NCBI GenBank assembly: GCA_004297305.1
Contig: SCTR01000007.1
Coordinates: forward strand, 293,586-357,585
Origin: Actinomycetota bacterium
Lineage (GTDB): Bacteria > Actinomycetota > Actinomycetes > S36-B12 > FW305-bin1
Length of the DNA stretch: 64,000 nt
Direction: 5' to 3'
Made by a program: the position numbers and the translations under genes. The notes under the pieces were generated by a model. It saw only the letters and a program-made list of their open reading frames with translations, did no database searches and was not told where the DNA came from. This document shows positions 1 to 9,206 of the stretch, in pieces (positions within the stretch are counted from its first letter, which is position 1; each line of letters starts with the position of its first letter).

Positions 1-159
1 GTGGTCGAGCGGGGCAGCCACGCCCAGCTGCTGGCCCACGGCGGCCTGTACGCCGACCTCTACCGGACCCAGTTCGCCGGCCAGGCTGCGTCGTGGCCGG
101 CCGATCAGATCGACCGCGTCGAACCGCCGTCCACCGCGAGCATCGAGCCGGTGACGTAG
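1..159 (+). CDS. ABC exporter ATP-binding protein, C-terminal end (5' partial, continues upstream of window)
   Basis: Frame +1 reads VVERGSHAQLLAHGGLYADLYRTQF, typical tail of MsbA-like ABC exporters. TAG stop at 157-159. No in-window start, so it is absent from the ORF track. Confidence 0.6.
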   Translation: MVERGSHAQLLAHGGLYADLYRTQFAGQAASWPADQIDRVEPPSTASIEPVT

Positions 160-899
160 GACGAGACCGGGGACAGCAGGAAGGCCGCGGCAGCGGCGAA
201 CTCGGCTGGCTCGCCGTACCGGCCGAGCGGGATGGCCACCTCGTTGCGCCGGCGCACCATGTCCGGCGAGCCGACCCGGGCGTCGATGGCGAAGGTCCGG
301 TCGGTGGCCAGCCGCCCCGGCAGCATCCCGTTGACCCGGACGCCCCGCGGGCCGAGCTCGTCGGCGAGGTCCTTGACCACCATCGCCAGGCCCGGCCGCA
401 GGCCGTTGCTCACCGACAGTCCCGCGATCGGGTTGCGGACACTGCTGGACAGGACGAAGACCAGCGATCCCTCCGTCCCGGTCAGCGCCGCCGGGTCCGA
501 CGTGATCGCCGCGCTGATCGCGCGGGCCACCCGCAACGGGCCGAGGAAGACCGACTCGAACGAGCTGCGCCACGCCTCGTCGGTGACGGTGAGCGCCGTG
601 CCGGGCGGCGGTCCCCCGACACTGAGCAGGGCACCGTCGATGCGGCCGAACCGGGCCACGGCACCGGCGACGAGGCGCTCAGCCGCCGACGGGTCGGCGA
701 GGTCGGCGGCCAACGCCACCACCTGCCCGCTGTGCCCGAGCGCGTGGGTCGCCTCGGCCAGCGACTCCTCGTCGCGCCCGGCGATGACGACCTGGGCGCC
801 TTCCTCCAGCAGCGTGTACGCCGCGGCCAGGCCGAGCCCCCGCGACCCCCCGGTGACGACGAACGCGCGTCCTGCCAGACCCAGATCCATGCCGGTCAT
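105..899 (-). CDS. SDR family oxidoreductase (short-chain dehydrogenase/reductase)
   Basis: 264-aa ORF. N-terminal Rossmann motif VVTGGSRGLGLAAA and overall SDR-like layout. Substrate unknown. Confidence 0.85.
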   Translation of the reverse strand: MTGMDLGLAGRAFVVTGGSRGLGLAAAYTLLEEGAQVVIAGRDEESLAEATHALGHSGQVVALAADLADPSAAERLVAGAVARFGRIDGALLSVGGPPPGTALTVTDEAWRSSFESVFLGPLRVARAISAAITSDPAALTGTEGSLVFVLSSSVRNPIAGLSVSNGLRPGLAMVVKDLADELGPRGVRVNGMLPGRLATDRTFAIDARVGSPDMVRRRNEVAIPLGRYGEPAEFAAAAAFLLSPVSSYVTGSMLAVDGGSTRSI

Positions 900-992
900 G
901 GTGCCGCAGCCGGCGGCGGGAGTCGCGCGAGGACGCCAGCAGGGTGGTGTGTCGTACCGCCGATCCGGCCGATCCCGCCCGTCGCCGCGAGG

Positions 993-1847
993 TCAGCCGG
1001 CCGGGGGCGGCGGGCCGGAGGAGGTGTGCTGTGCGCCGGCACGGGCGTCCTCGCGTGCCTCGCGGCGCAGGAAGAATCCCCAGCCGACCACGGCGACCAG
1101 CGCGAACAGGATCCACTGCACGGCATACGAGAGGTTGCGGGTGTCGTCGATGTCAGGCGGCGGCAGCACCGTGAGCGCGGCGCTGTCGGCCGGATCGCTG
1201 CCGGTCAGTTCCAGGTACGCCGGATACACCGGCGAGCCGCCACCCGACGCCGACGCGGTCGTGCCGTTGTCCGCCGCCGCGTCGTCGCGCCGGCTGAGCA
1301 TGGCGATGTCGAGGTCGGTCACCTGACCGGCGGGCAGGTCACGCGGCTGGGCCGACGGGCCGCTCTGCGGCGCCCGCAGCCGGCCGGTCACCGTCACCAG
1401 GCCGGCAGGCGGGTCGGGTGCCCGCTGGACCGCCGTGGCGTCCGCGGTGGCCGGGATCCAGCCCCGGTTGATCCACAACAGCCGGCCGGTGTCGGTCCGC
1501 AGCGCGGTGGCGACCCAGAAGCCGTTCGCCCCGTTCAGCGGGCGCTTGCGGACCAGGACCGTGCTGGCCGGCTCGTAGCGCCCGGTCGCGGTCACCGAAC
1601 GCCATTCGACGTCCGCGCCCAGCTCGCCAGCGCCCGTCACAGCTGTGCCGGAGGCATCGGTGGCGGCGAGCACCTGGTCGATGGGGGTGGCGCCATGCGC
1701 GCTGCGGTCGACGACCGCTGCCCGCTCGGCTCGCTTCGCCTCCGCGCGCGACCACTGCCAGCGGCTCAGCAGACCGAAGGCGACGATCGCCAGCAGAACG
1801 GTTACGGTGAAGCCGAGCCAACGACGGGTGCGCAGCAAGGCGAGCAC
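993..1847 (-). CDS. SURF1-like protein (cytochrome oxidase assembly family)
   Basis: 284 aa. N-terminal TM segment followed by LLSRWQWSRAE (the G/S-x-WQ-x-x-R SURF1 signature) and a C-terminal TM segment. Confidence 0.8.
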   Translation of the reverse strand: MLALLRTRRWLGFTVTVLLAIVAFGLLSRWQWSRAEAKRAERAAVVDRSAHGATPIDQVLAATDASGTAVTGAGELGADVEWRSVTATGRYEPASTVLVRKRPLNGANGFWVATALRTDTGRLLWINRGWIPATADATAVQRAPDPPAGLVTVTGRLRAPQSGPSAQPRDLPAGQVTDLDIAMLSRRDDAAADNGTTASASGGGSPVYPAYLELTGSDPADSAALTVLPPPDIDDTRNLSYAVQWILFALVAVVGWGFFLRREAREDARAGAQHTSSGPPPPAG

Positions 1848-1952
1848 TGCAGGAGCCTAGCCCCGCCCCAGACGCGCGCCGACCGCGGCGTCGGCCCACC
1901 GCGCGGCAAACCGGCTCACCCAGAGCCGGTTTGCCGACTCGCTGCCCCGGAG

Positions 1953-2960
1953 GTGACCGTGCTGCTGGACCAGTTCGGTCGGGCTGGGCGGGATCTGCGG
2001 GTGTCGCTGACCGATCGCTGCAACCTGCGCTGCAGCTACTGCATGCCCGAGCAGGGTCTGCCCTGGCTGCCGCGGCAGGAGCTGCTCACCGACGACGAGG
2101 TCGTCCGGGTGGTCGCGGTCATGGTGGGTCTGGGCGTCGACGACGTGCGATTCACCGGCGGGGAACCGCTCCTGCGCCCCGGCCTGGTGGACATCGTCGC
2201 CGCCGTCGCCGGGATGACGCCACGACCTCGGATCTCGCTGACCACCAACGGCATCGGGCTGACGGCCCTCGCTGAGCCGTTGGCCGCCGCCGGACTGGAC
2301 CGCGTCAACGTCAGCCTGGACACCCTGGACCGGCAGCGCTTCATCCAGCTGACCCACCGGGATCGGCTGGACGACGTCCTCGCCGGCCTGACGGCGGCCC
2401 GAAGCGCCGGGTTGACCCCGGTGAAGCTCAACGCCGTGCTGGTCCGCGGCAGCAATGACGCCGAGGCGGTCGACCTCGTGCGCTTCGCGCTGCGCCACGA
2501 CTACGAACTGCGGTTCATCGAACAGATGCCGCTGGACGCCCAGCACGGCTGGGACCGCACCGCGATGCTCACCGGGGACGAGATCCTGGGCCTGCTGCGC
2601 ACGCAGCTGTCCGTCCAGCCCGACCCCGGCCGGCTGCGGGGCAGCGCGCCGGCCGAGACCTTCCTCGCCGCGGACCCGGGCGCGGGGCTGGGCCCGGGCC
2701 GGATCGGCATGATCGCGTCGGTCACCCAGCCCTTCTGCGCAGCGTGCGACCGGGTGCGGCTCACCGCCGACGGGCAGGTCCGCAACTGCCTGTTCGCCCG
2801 TGAGGAGTCGCCGCTGCGCGACCTGCTGCGCAGCGGTGCCTCCGATGCCGCGCTGGCGGACGTCATCCGCGCCGCGATGTGGGCCAAACGGGCCGGGCAC
2901 GGCATCGGCGAGGCGGGCTTCGCCCAGCCGGAACGGCCGATGTCGGCCATCGGCGGCTGA
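1953..2960 (+). CDS. moaA: GTP 3',8-cyclase MoaA (molybdenum cofactor biosynthesis, radical SAM)
   Basis: C-terminal third of the 93..2960 track ORF. CNLRCSYCMP radical-SAM cluster motif and C-terminal CAACDRVRLTADG motif. GTG start at 1953 (or 1959) chosen just before the conserved region. Confidence 0.9.
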   Translation: MTVLLDQFGRAGRDLRVSLTDRCNLRCSYCMPEQGLPWLPRQELLTDDEVVRVVAVMVGLGVDDVRFTGGEPLLRPGLVDIVAAVAGMTPRPRISLTTNGIGLTALAEPLAAAGLDRVNVSLDTLDRQRFIQLTHRDRLDDVLAGLTAARSAGLTPVKLNAVLVRGSNDAEAVDLVRFALRHDYELRFIEQMPLDAQHGWDRTAMLTGDEILGLLRTQLSVQPDPGRLRGSAPAETFLAADPGAGLGPGRIGMIASVTQPFCAACDRVRLTADGQVRNCLFAREESPLRDLLRSGASDAALADVIRAAMWAKRAGHGIGEAGFAQPERPMSAIGG

Positions 2961-3002
2961 GCCCCGCCCAGGCGACGGGGGCCGCTTGCGAACGGCAGCG
3001 GG

Positions 3003-3512
3003 TCAGCTGGCGGCGTGCGCCGGTTCGCCGCGCTCGGTGTCGCTGACGACGGTCGCGGCCACCGGTCGGCGGATCACCAGCAGCAGAGCGACTCCGATCA
3101 GGATGACCACGGCACCGAGGCCGGCTGCCATCGCCGCGACGCCGAACGCGACCACCGAGGTGAACAGCGACGCCTGCAGGAACGACGCCGTCATCACCGA
3201 GTCCCGGTTCGGATCACCCTGCGGGAGTTCGGCATACGTCTTGCCACCGGCGATCTTCTCCGCGTGCCCGGCGATCGCCTCGGCTTCGGCGTACGCCTGC
3301 CAGGGCTGTGTCACCGACTGGCCGGCGAAGTGCGTGGCGTCGTCGGACACGGTGATCTTCTGCGCTGCCAGCGTCGAACTCACCACCCCGTAGGTGACCA
3401 CCCCGGCGACGAGCAGGATCGCGCCGGCCACGATGACCAGAATGGCGATCGTGCGGACGCCACCGGTGCGGTACGTCGGCTGCGGTTGACCGGTTTCGTT
3501 GACCGTCGACAT
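3003..3512 (-). CDS. hypothetical membrane protein (two TM segments)
   Basis: Track ORF 3003..3587 trimmed to the internal ATG (MSTVNETG). Hydrophobic segments IAILVIVAGAILLVAGVV and VVAFGVAAMAAGLGAVVILIGVALLLV. No motif recognised. Confidence 0.5.
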   Translation of the reverse strand: MSTVNETGQPQPTYRTGGVRTIAILVIVAGAILLVAGVVTYGVVSSTLAAQKITVSDDATHFAGQSVTQPWQAYAEAEAIAGHAEKIAGGKTYAELPQGDPNRDSVMTASFLQASLFTSVVAFGVAAMAAGLGAVVILIGVALLLVIRRPVAATVVSDTERGEPAHAAS

Positions 3513-3604
3513 GGGACCTCCCGACGTCGGATCGCGACGACCCGACAGTAGAGGCCAGCCGCCCGCCGAGCCAGAGTTTCCCAGCACTGATGGTTACGGC
3601 GCGA

Positions 3605-3940
3605 TCACGGTGTGCTGGAGGTACCGCCTGCCGGCCCGGATCCGACGGTGCCCGGCCCGAGTTGCGGATCCGGCTGGGGCAGCAGCGGTCCGACCGGGGG
3701 AGCGTCCTCGTTCTCCCGACCGCCGTTGGCCATGACCACGGCGAGGTAGGGCAGGCAGACCGCGCCGAGGACCAGCAGCCAACGCGGCCAACCGGGCGTG
3801 ATGATCGCGCCGAGGAAACAGACGGTCCGGATGCCCATCGAGACCAGATAGCGCCGGGTCCGGCCGGCCTGCTCGACGGACAGGCCACGCCGGGCGTCGG
3901 TGATCCGGTACACATGCTCGGATCCACGTCCGGTCACCAT
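3605..3940 (-). CDS. DUF3099-like small membrane protein
   Basis: Track ORF 3605..4099 trimmed to MVTGRGSEHVYRITD so it no longer overlaps pmbA. Two TM helices (YLVSMGIRTVCFLGAII, WLLVLGAVCLPYLAVVMANGG) resemble DUF3099 as I recall it. Confidence 0.6.
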   Translation of the reverse strand: MVTGRGSEHVYRITDARRGLSVEQAGRTRRYLVSMGIRTVCFLGAIITPGWPRWLLVLGAVCLPYLAVVMANGGRENEDAPPVGPLLPQPDPQLGPGTVGSGPAGGTSSTP

Positions 3941-4019
3941 GACTCCCTCCGCCGCAGCTGGCTGCGCCCCACCACGGTACGTCCAGCCGGCTCGTCCGGT
4001 GCGACGGCGTCTGACGGCG

Positions 4020-5435
4020 TCAGACGGCATCGCTGCGGGTCGAGAAGTTGACGTCGGCGACGCGCAACGGCGGCATGGCAGCGCGATTGAAGTAGTCACC
4101 CATCTCCCGGGCCAGGGTGGGCGTCGTCGCGCCCGCGTCGGTGGTCCGCCGCAGCATGTCGACCGGGGAGTCGTTGAACCGGAAGTTCCCGACGCTGCCG
4201 ACGACCTCGCCGTCGGACACCAGGTACACCCCGTCGCGCGTCAGCCCGGTCAGCAACAGCGTCTGAGGATCGACGACGCGGTTGTACCACAGGCAGGTCA
4301 CCAGCAGCCCGGAGTCGCTGCGCGAGACCAGATCTGCCAGATCTCCGCCGGCGCCGGGCAGCGACAGGGACAGGTTGTCGATGCCGGGATTGACCGGCAG
4401 GTCGCACTCGCGTGCGGTGAACCGTGAGGTCAGCAGGCCACGCAGCCGGCCCGCGTGCAGCCATTCGGTCCGCCGCAGCGGCAACCCGTTGTCGAAGACC
4501 GAGGCCGACTCCGACGACGAGGTGACCAGCTCGAACGGCGAGCACTGAAGGCCCGGCATCGCCGGGTCGCTGACCAGGTCGAACGGTTGCGGCGAGAGCG
4601 CCTCGCCGATCCGGGTGCCGCCTCCCGGTCGGCTGAACACGCTGCGGCCCTGTGCGGCGTCGCGGCCGCCGGCGGACCAGTAGAGGTCGATCATCAGGTC
4701 GGCCACTGCGCTCGGCGACAGCAACGCCGCGTGCCGGCCAGGGGCGATGTCGACCGTGCGGGCCTGCCATTGCAGGGCCCGGCGCAGGCCGGCGTCGGTG
4801 GCGGGCAGGTCGATACCGGCGAAGTCCCGGGTCGGGATGCCGGCCCACGTGGAGCGGCTGCGCTGGTGCGATTTCGCGGTGAGCTCGAGCCGGCCTTCCG
4901 GCTGGACGTGCCGCAGCAGCAGCCCGGTCGACGAGCCGACGTACGTCGTGGCCACGCTGTGTTCGGCGTACCCGAAGTGTTCGATGCCGTCGGCGCGACC
5001 GGCCGCCAGCACGTCGCCGAGCACCGGCGCGATCGTGCCGAACACCCCGCCGCTGGTCGTCCCCGGCGGTTCGGTCCAGTCCACGGCGGCGGCCGTACCC
5101 GTCGAGCGGTCCAGCAGTGGGGAGGCGTCCTCGGCCGGATCCGCTGCAGCCGCGGCCGCTTGCGACCGTTCGACGAGATCGGCCAGCTCCGCGACGGTGA
5201 CCCCGCTGCGATTGACAGCGCCGACCGCCGTACCGGTCCGACCGCCACCGGAGCTGCCGACGAACGACAACACCGTCACACTCCTCGATGCCCCCTCACC
5301 GTTGGTGGTCAGGGTGTTTCGAGCCCACCGCAGGTTCGCCTGCCACGATTCGCGCACCACGACCACACAACCGTCCGCGGTGGACAGGGCGAGGCATCGC
5401 GCGACGATCTCCTGCGCCGACAGCGGGCCGCTCAC
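4020..5435 (-). CDS. TldD/PmbA family metallopeptidase, PmbA(TldE)-like partner subunit
   Basis: 471 aa. Family-typical N-terminus and length, and it lacks the HExxxH motif. GTG start overlaps the tldD stop by 4 nt (GTGA at 5432-5435). Confidence 0.85.
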   Translation of the reverse strand: MSGPLSAQEIVARCLALSTADGCVVVVRESWQANLRWARNTLTTNGEGASRSVTVLSFVGSSGGGRTGTAVGAVNRSGVTVAELADLVERSQAAAAAADPAEDASPLLDRSTGTAAAVDWTEPPGTTSGGVFGTIAPVLGDVLAAGRADGIEHFGYAEHSVATTYVGSSTGLLLRHVQPEGRLELTAKSHQRSRSTWAGIPTRDFAGIDLPATDAGLRRALQWQARTVDIAPGRHAALLSPSAVADLMIDLYWSAGGRDAAQGRSVFSRPGGGTRIGEALSPQPFDLVSDPAMPGLQCSPFELVTSSSESASVFDNGLPLRRTEWLHAGRLRGLLTSRFTARECDLPVNPGIDNLSLSLPGAGGDLADLVSRSDSGLLVTCLWYNRVVDPQTLLLTGLTRDGVYLVSDGEVVGSVGNFRFNDSPVDMLRRTTDAGATTPTLAREMGDYFNRAAMPPLRVADVNFSTRSDAV

Positions 5436-6979
5436 CGGCCGGCCTCGGCGGCGCCGTTGAGCACGTTCACGTTCTCGAATACTGCGGCCGGGCAGCCGTG
5501 CGACACCGGGGCCACCTGCCCGGGCTGCCCCTTACCGCAGTTGAAGGCGCCGCCGAGCAGGTACGTCGACGGGCCTCCCAGCGCGATCAGCGAGCCCCAG
5601 AAGTCCGTCGTCGTCGCCTGGTAGGCCACGTCTTTCACCTGTTCGGCGATCCGGCCGGACCGGATGCGATAGAAGCGCTGACCGGTGAACTGGAAGTTGT
5701 AGCGCTGCATGTCGATGGACCAGCTGCGGTCGCCGACGACGTAGATGCCGTCCTCGATCCCGGCGGCCAGGGCAGCCACGTCACCACCATCGGGGTCCGG
5801 CTGCAGCGACACGTTCGGCATCCGCTGGATCGCGGTGTGCCCGGCGGAGTCGGCGTACGCACACCCGTTGCTGCGCGGCAGCCCGAACTCGGCGGCCATG
5901 GCCCGGTCCAGTTGATAGCCGACCAGCGTGCCGTCCCGGACGAGATCGAATGACTGCGCTGCAACGCCTTCGTCGTCCCAGCCCACGGTGGACAGGCCGT
6001 GCTCGACGGTACGGTCTCCGGTGACGGTCATCAGCGGCGAGCCGTATCGCAGTTGCCCGAGCAGGTCCGGGGTCGCGAACGAGGTGCCGGCGTAGTTGGC
6101 CTCGTACCCCAGCGCCCGGTCCAGTTCGGTGGCGTGTCCCACCGATTCATGGATGGTCAGCCAGAGATTGCTGGGATCGATCAGCAGCGTGTAGCGGCCG
6201 GGCGTCACCGACGGGGCGCGGACCTTGGCGGCCAACAACTCCGGCAATCGTGCGAGCTCGGCGTCGAAGTCCCAGCAGCCGGGGCCGCCGGTGAGGTGTT
6301 CGAAGCCCCGGCCTACCGGCGGCGCGCAGGTCCGCATCGACTCGAAGGCGCCGGTCACCGGGTCGACGGCGACGGCCGTCCAGTCGACGTCGAGACGGAC
6401 CCGTTGCTGCAGCGTCTGCGTCCCGGCAAGGTCGGCGTACAGCACACGCTCCTTGACCGCCATGAACTGTGCGTCGACGTGGTCGACACCGGCGGCGGCC
6501 AGCAACCCGGCGCTGCGGTCGACCAGCAGCGCGATCCGCTCGGCCTCCGGAACGGCGAACGGGTCGACGTCGTACGCCGAGACCCAGGTGCCGGTGTGCA
6601 CCGGCTCTGCCGCCAGTTCCACCCGGGCGGTGGTCAGCGGCCGGCTGACCCGGGCCAGCGCCACCGCCCGCTCGGCGAGTGCGACGGCCGCCTCGACCGA
6701 GATCAGGTCGGCCGAGGCGAAGCCCCAGCAGCCGTCGTGGATCACGCGCACGGCCAGACCGAGATCGACGTCGTCGACACTGCTTTCCGGCCGGGCGTCG
6801 CGGACCGTCGCGGTCGCGGTCCGGGTGCTGACGATCCGGACATCGGCGTGGCTGGCGCCCAGTTCCGCGGCGCGCGCCAGGGCGGCGTCGGCGCAGGCGG
6901 TCAACGGGAGGGCGGCGAACTCCGGGTCGATCGGATGGGCCCTGTCGATCGGATGGGCGCTGTCGACCGGACGGGTCAT
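5432..6979 (-). CDS. tldD: TldD family metalloprotease
   Basis: 515 aa with the TldD metal-binding motif HESVGHATE. ATG overlaps the upstream gene stop (ATGA at 6976-6979). Confidence 0.9.
   Translation of the reverse strand: MTRPVDSAHPIDRAHPIDPEFAALPLTACADAALARAAELGASHADVRIVSTRTATATVRDARPESSVDDVDLGLAVRVIHDGCWGFASADLISVEAAVALAERAVALARVSRPLTTARVELAAEPVHTGTWVSAYDVDPFAVPEAERIALLVDRSAGLLAAAGVDHVDAQFMAVKERVLYADLAGTQTLQQRVRLDVDWTAVAVDPVTGAFESMRTCAPPVGRGFEHLTGGPGCWDFDAELARLPELLAAKVRAPSVTPGRYTLLIDPSNLWLTIHESVGHATELDRALGYEANYAGTSFATPDLLGQLRYGSPLMTVTGDRTVEHGLSTVGWDDEGVAAQSFDLVRDGTLVGYQLDRAMAAEFGLPRSNGCAYADSAGHTAIQRMPNVSLQPDPDGGDVAALAAGIEDGIYVVGDRSWSIDMQRYNFQFTGQRFYRIRSGRIAEQVKDVAYQATTTDFWGSLIALGGPSTYLLGGAFNCGKGQPGQVAPVSHGCPAAVFENVNVLNGAAEAGR
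6926..6979. repeat. 18-bp x3 tandem repeat inside the tldD 5' end
   Basis: gtcgatcggatgggccct / gtcgatcggatgggcgct / gtcgaccggacgggtcat. Encodes MTRPVD-SAHPID-RAHPID. Confidence 0.85.
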
Positions 6980-7668
6980 GCGGTGGCTCCCGGGGGCGGC
7001 TCGTCGACCGCGGCAGGACCTGCAGCCGCAGCGGCGTCATTGTCCGACTGCCGCCGTACCCGGGACGTCATGCGGCCCTGCGAAACACCGACGACCAGCA
7101 CACCGATCATCAGCCAGATCGCGACGGCAGGGGCGAAGAGGCAGACGACCGCCACGGCGAGGAAGTAGCCCACGAAGGCCCATTCCCAGTACCAGGGCAC
7201 GCGCGGGCGATCCCGCAACCGCGGGTCCAGCAGCTGCGGATGGCGCTCGGCGTACTGGGTGAGCAGGGCCAGACTGGCCGAGGCCAGCGCGAGGTTGAGC
7301 AGGTAGAGGACGCCGACACCGTTGCTGAACGCCGGATCCTCTTCGCCGAGCATGGACGTCGGGAACGGCAGGAAGACGATGGAGACCAGCCACAGCAGGT
7401 TGAGCCGGGCCAGGCCGGAGTCGTAGCTGCGGAAGTCCTCGAAGATCCGGTGGTGGCCGAGCCACAGCTGCGCGATCACGTAGAAGGACAGGATGAACGC
7501 CAGGATCTCCGACTGCGCCCGGCCGTCGCTGTCGGCGAACAGGTCCCACGCGCTGTGCCCCTCGGGAATCTCCAGATCGACCAGCGGCAGGACCAGCAGA
7601 GTGATCGCGATGGCCACCACAGCGTCGCTGAAGTTGACCAGCCGGTCGAAGCCGCGTTCGGTGCGCAT
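6976..7668 (-). CDS. TMEM175/DUF1211 family potassium channel-like membrane protein
   Basis: 230 aa. N-terminal RLVNFSDAVVAIAITLLVL matches the RxxxFSD signature helix of the TMEM175 family. Multiple TM segments. Confidence 0.8.
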   Translation of the reverse strand: MRTERGFDRLVNFSDAVVAIAITLLVLPLVDLEIPEGHSAWDLFADSDGRAQSEILAFILSFYVIAQLWLGHHRIFEDFRSYDSGLARLNLLWLVSIVFLPFPTSMLGEEDPAFSNGVGVLYLLNLALASASLALLTQYAERHPQLLDPRLRDRPRVPWYWEWAFVGYFLAVAVVCLFAPAVAIWLMIGVLVVGVSQGRMTSRVRRQSDNDAAAAAGPAAVDEPPPGATA

Positions 7669-7726
7669 GGCAGGGCCAGGCTAGCGGGCGCCGGATCACC
7701 ACCGGCTGATCAGAAGGAGCGAGCCG

Positions 7727-8188
7727 ATGAGTCGCCAGCTGCAGGTCACCTTCGACGCCCACGACCCGAGGGCGCTGTCGATCTTCTGGCGGGAGGCGCT
7801 CGGCTACGTCCACCCCGGGCCGCCCGGGGTGGCGCTGAGCGCCGGGGACGATCCGCTGGCGGCGTGGGACGACTTCCTGGCCGGGATCGGCGTACCGGCG
7901 GAGCAACGCAACAGCCGTTCGGCCATCGAGGACCCCGACGGCCACGGACCGCGCCTGTTCTTCCAGCAGGTGCCCGAGGGCAAGACCGCCAAGAACCGGG
8001 TGCACCTGGACGTGCGAGCCGCCCCCGGGCTGGCCGGCGACGAGCGGATGGCCGCGCTGGAAGCCGAATGCGCGCGACTGGTCGCGCTCGGCGCTACCCG
8101 GACCCGCCGGTTCGAGCCGGCACCGCCGATGAGCGCCGGCTTCATCGTGATGGCTGACCCGGAGGGCAACGAGTTCTGCCTGGACTGA
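7727..8188 (+). CDS. VOC/glyoxalase-like domain protein
   Basis: 153 aa. Pattern LSIFWREALGY ... RVHLDV ... DPEGNEFCL is typical of glyoxalase-like (VOC) domain proteins. Confidence 0.7.
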   Translation: MSRQLQVTFDAHDPRALSIFWREALGYVHPGPPGVALSAGDDPLAAWDDFLAGIGVPAEQRNSRSAIEDPDGHGPRLFFQQVPEGKTAKNRVHLDVRAAPGLAGDERMAALEAECARLVALGATRTRRFEPAPPMSAGFIVMADPEGNEFCLD

Positions 8189-8408
8189 ACGCCCGCAGCC
8201 GCCGGACCGGCCGCGAGGGGCGCATGCCGCAGTCAGCACGCCGCGGCCGGGCACGCCGCGGTGGGCACGCCGGAGCCGACGCCGGGCAGGCCGTCGAGGG
8301 CACGCCGCCGCGGCGTGCCCGGTCTACCAATCGGTAGCCGGTACGGTCTGCCGGGCGCCCGACCGGGCGCCGATTGGCGGATGGCAGGGCGCGAGGAGGC
8401 AGGTCCGG

Positions 8409-9113
8409 GTGAGTCGCGTTGTCCTGGTCACCGGGGGGAACCGGGGGATCGGCCTCGGGATCGCGCGGGCGTTCGACGCGCTGGGCGACACCGTGGTGGT
8501 CACGCACCGCAGCGGGCCTCCGCCGGAGGGCCTGCGGGCGGTGCAGTGCGACGTGACCGACACCGCGTCGGTCGAGGCGGCCTTCGACTGGATCGAGGCG
8601 GAGGTCGGACCGGTCGACGTGCTGGTCGCCAATGCCGGCATCGCCCGCGACGCGCTCCTGGTGCGGCTGTCCGACGAGGCGATCGCGGAGGTCATCGAGA
8701 CAAACCTCGTCGGCACCATGCGGGTGGCACGCCGGGCAGCACGCTCGATGATGCGCCGCCGGTCCGGCCGCATGATCTTCATCTCCAGCGTGCTGGGCTA
8801 TCTGGGTGCGCCCGGCGCCTCGAACTACGCCGCGTCGAAGGCGGCCCTCGTGGGCCTGGCCCGGTCGCTGGTCTACGAACTGGCGCCGCGCAACATCACG
8901 ATCAACGTCGTACTGCCGGGGTACGTCGAGACCGACCTGACCGCGACGCTGCCCGCCGAGCGGTCGGCCGACATCATGGCCCGGGTGCCGGCCCGGCGGT
9001 TCGCGCAGCTGCACGAGGTCTCGTCCGTGGTGACGTTCCTGGCCAGCGAGGATGCCGGCTACGTCAACGGCGCGGTCATCGCCGTGGACGGCGGCGCGGC
9101 GATGGGCCACTAG
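8409..9113 (+). CDS. fabG: 3-oxoacyl-ACP reductase FabG1/MabA-like
   Basis: 234 aa. VLVTGGNRGIGLGIA cofactor motif, NYAASKAALVG (YxxxK). Directly upstream of the inhA-like gene as in mycobacteria. SD gaggagg before the GTG. Confidence 0.85.
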   Translation: MSRVVLVTGGNRGIGLGIARAFDALGDTVVVTHRSGPPPEGLRAVQCDVTDTASVEAAFDWIEAEVGPVDVLVANAGIARDALLVRLSDEAIAEVIETNLVGTMRVARRAARSMMRRRSGRMIFISSVLGYLGAPGASNYAASKAALVGLARSLVYELAPRNITINVVLPGYVETDLTATLPAERSADIMARVPARRFAQLHEVSSVVTFLASEDAGYVNGAVIAVDGGAAMGH

Positions 9114-9206
9114 CCGAGCGGCCGAACCGGCCGGTCACCGCACCGGCCGGGCAGCGACAGCACCGGTCGACCACGAGGGCACCGGTCGGTACGAAGGGAA
9201 CGTCCC

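Noticed and set aside
105-159. 55-nt convergent overlap between the partial ABC gene end and the SDR gene end
   Set aside because: It may be real or may reflect an over-extended reading frame at one of the 3' ends. With the ABC gene truncated by the window edge I cannot evaluate it, and it has no obvious biological implication.
93-2960. 955-aa ORF on the plus strand spanning the SDR, SURF1 and moaA loci
   Set aside because: Only the last roughly 336 codons (MoaA) look like protein. The upstream 620 codons are Arg/Gly/Pro-rich and run antisense to two well-supported minus-strand genes. This is a typical high-GC shadow ORF fused in frame.
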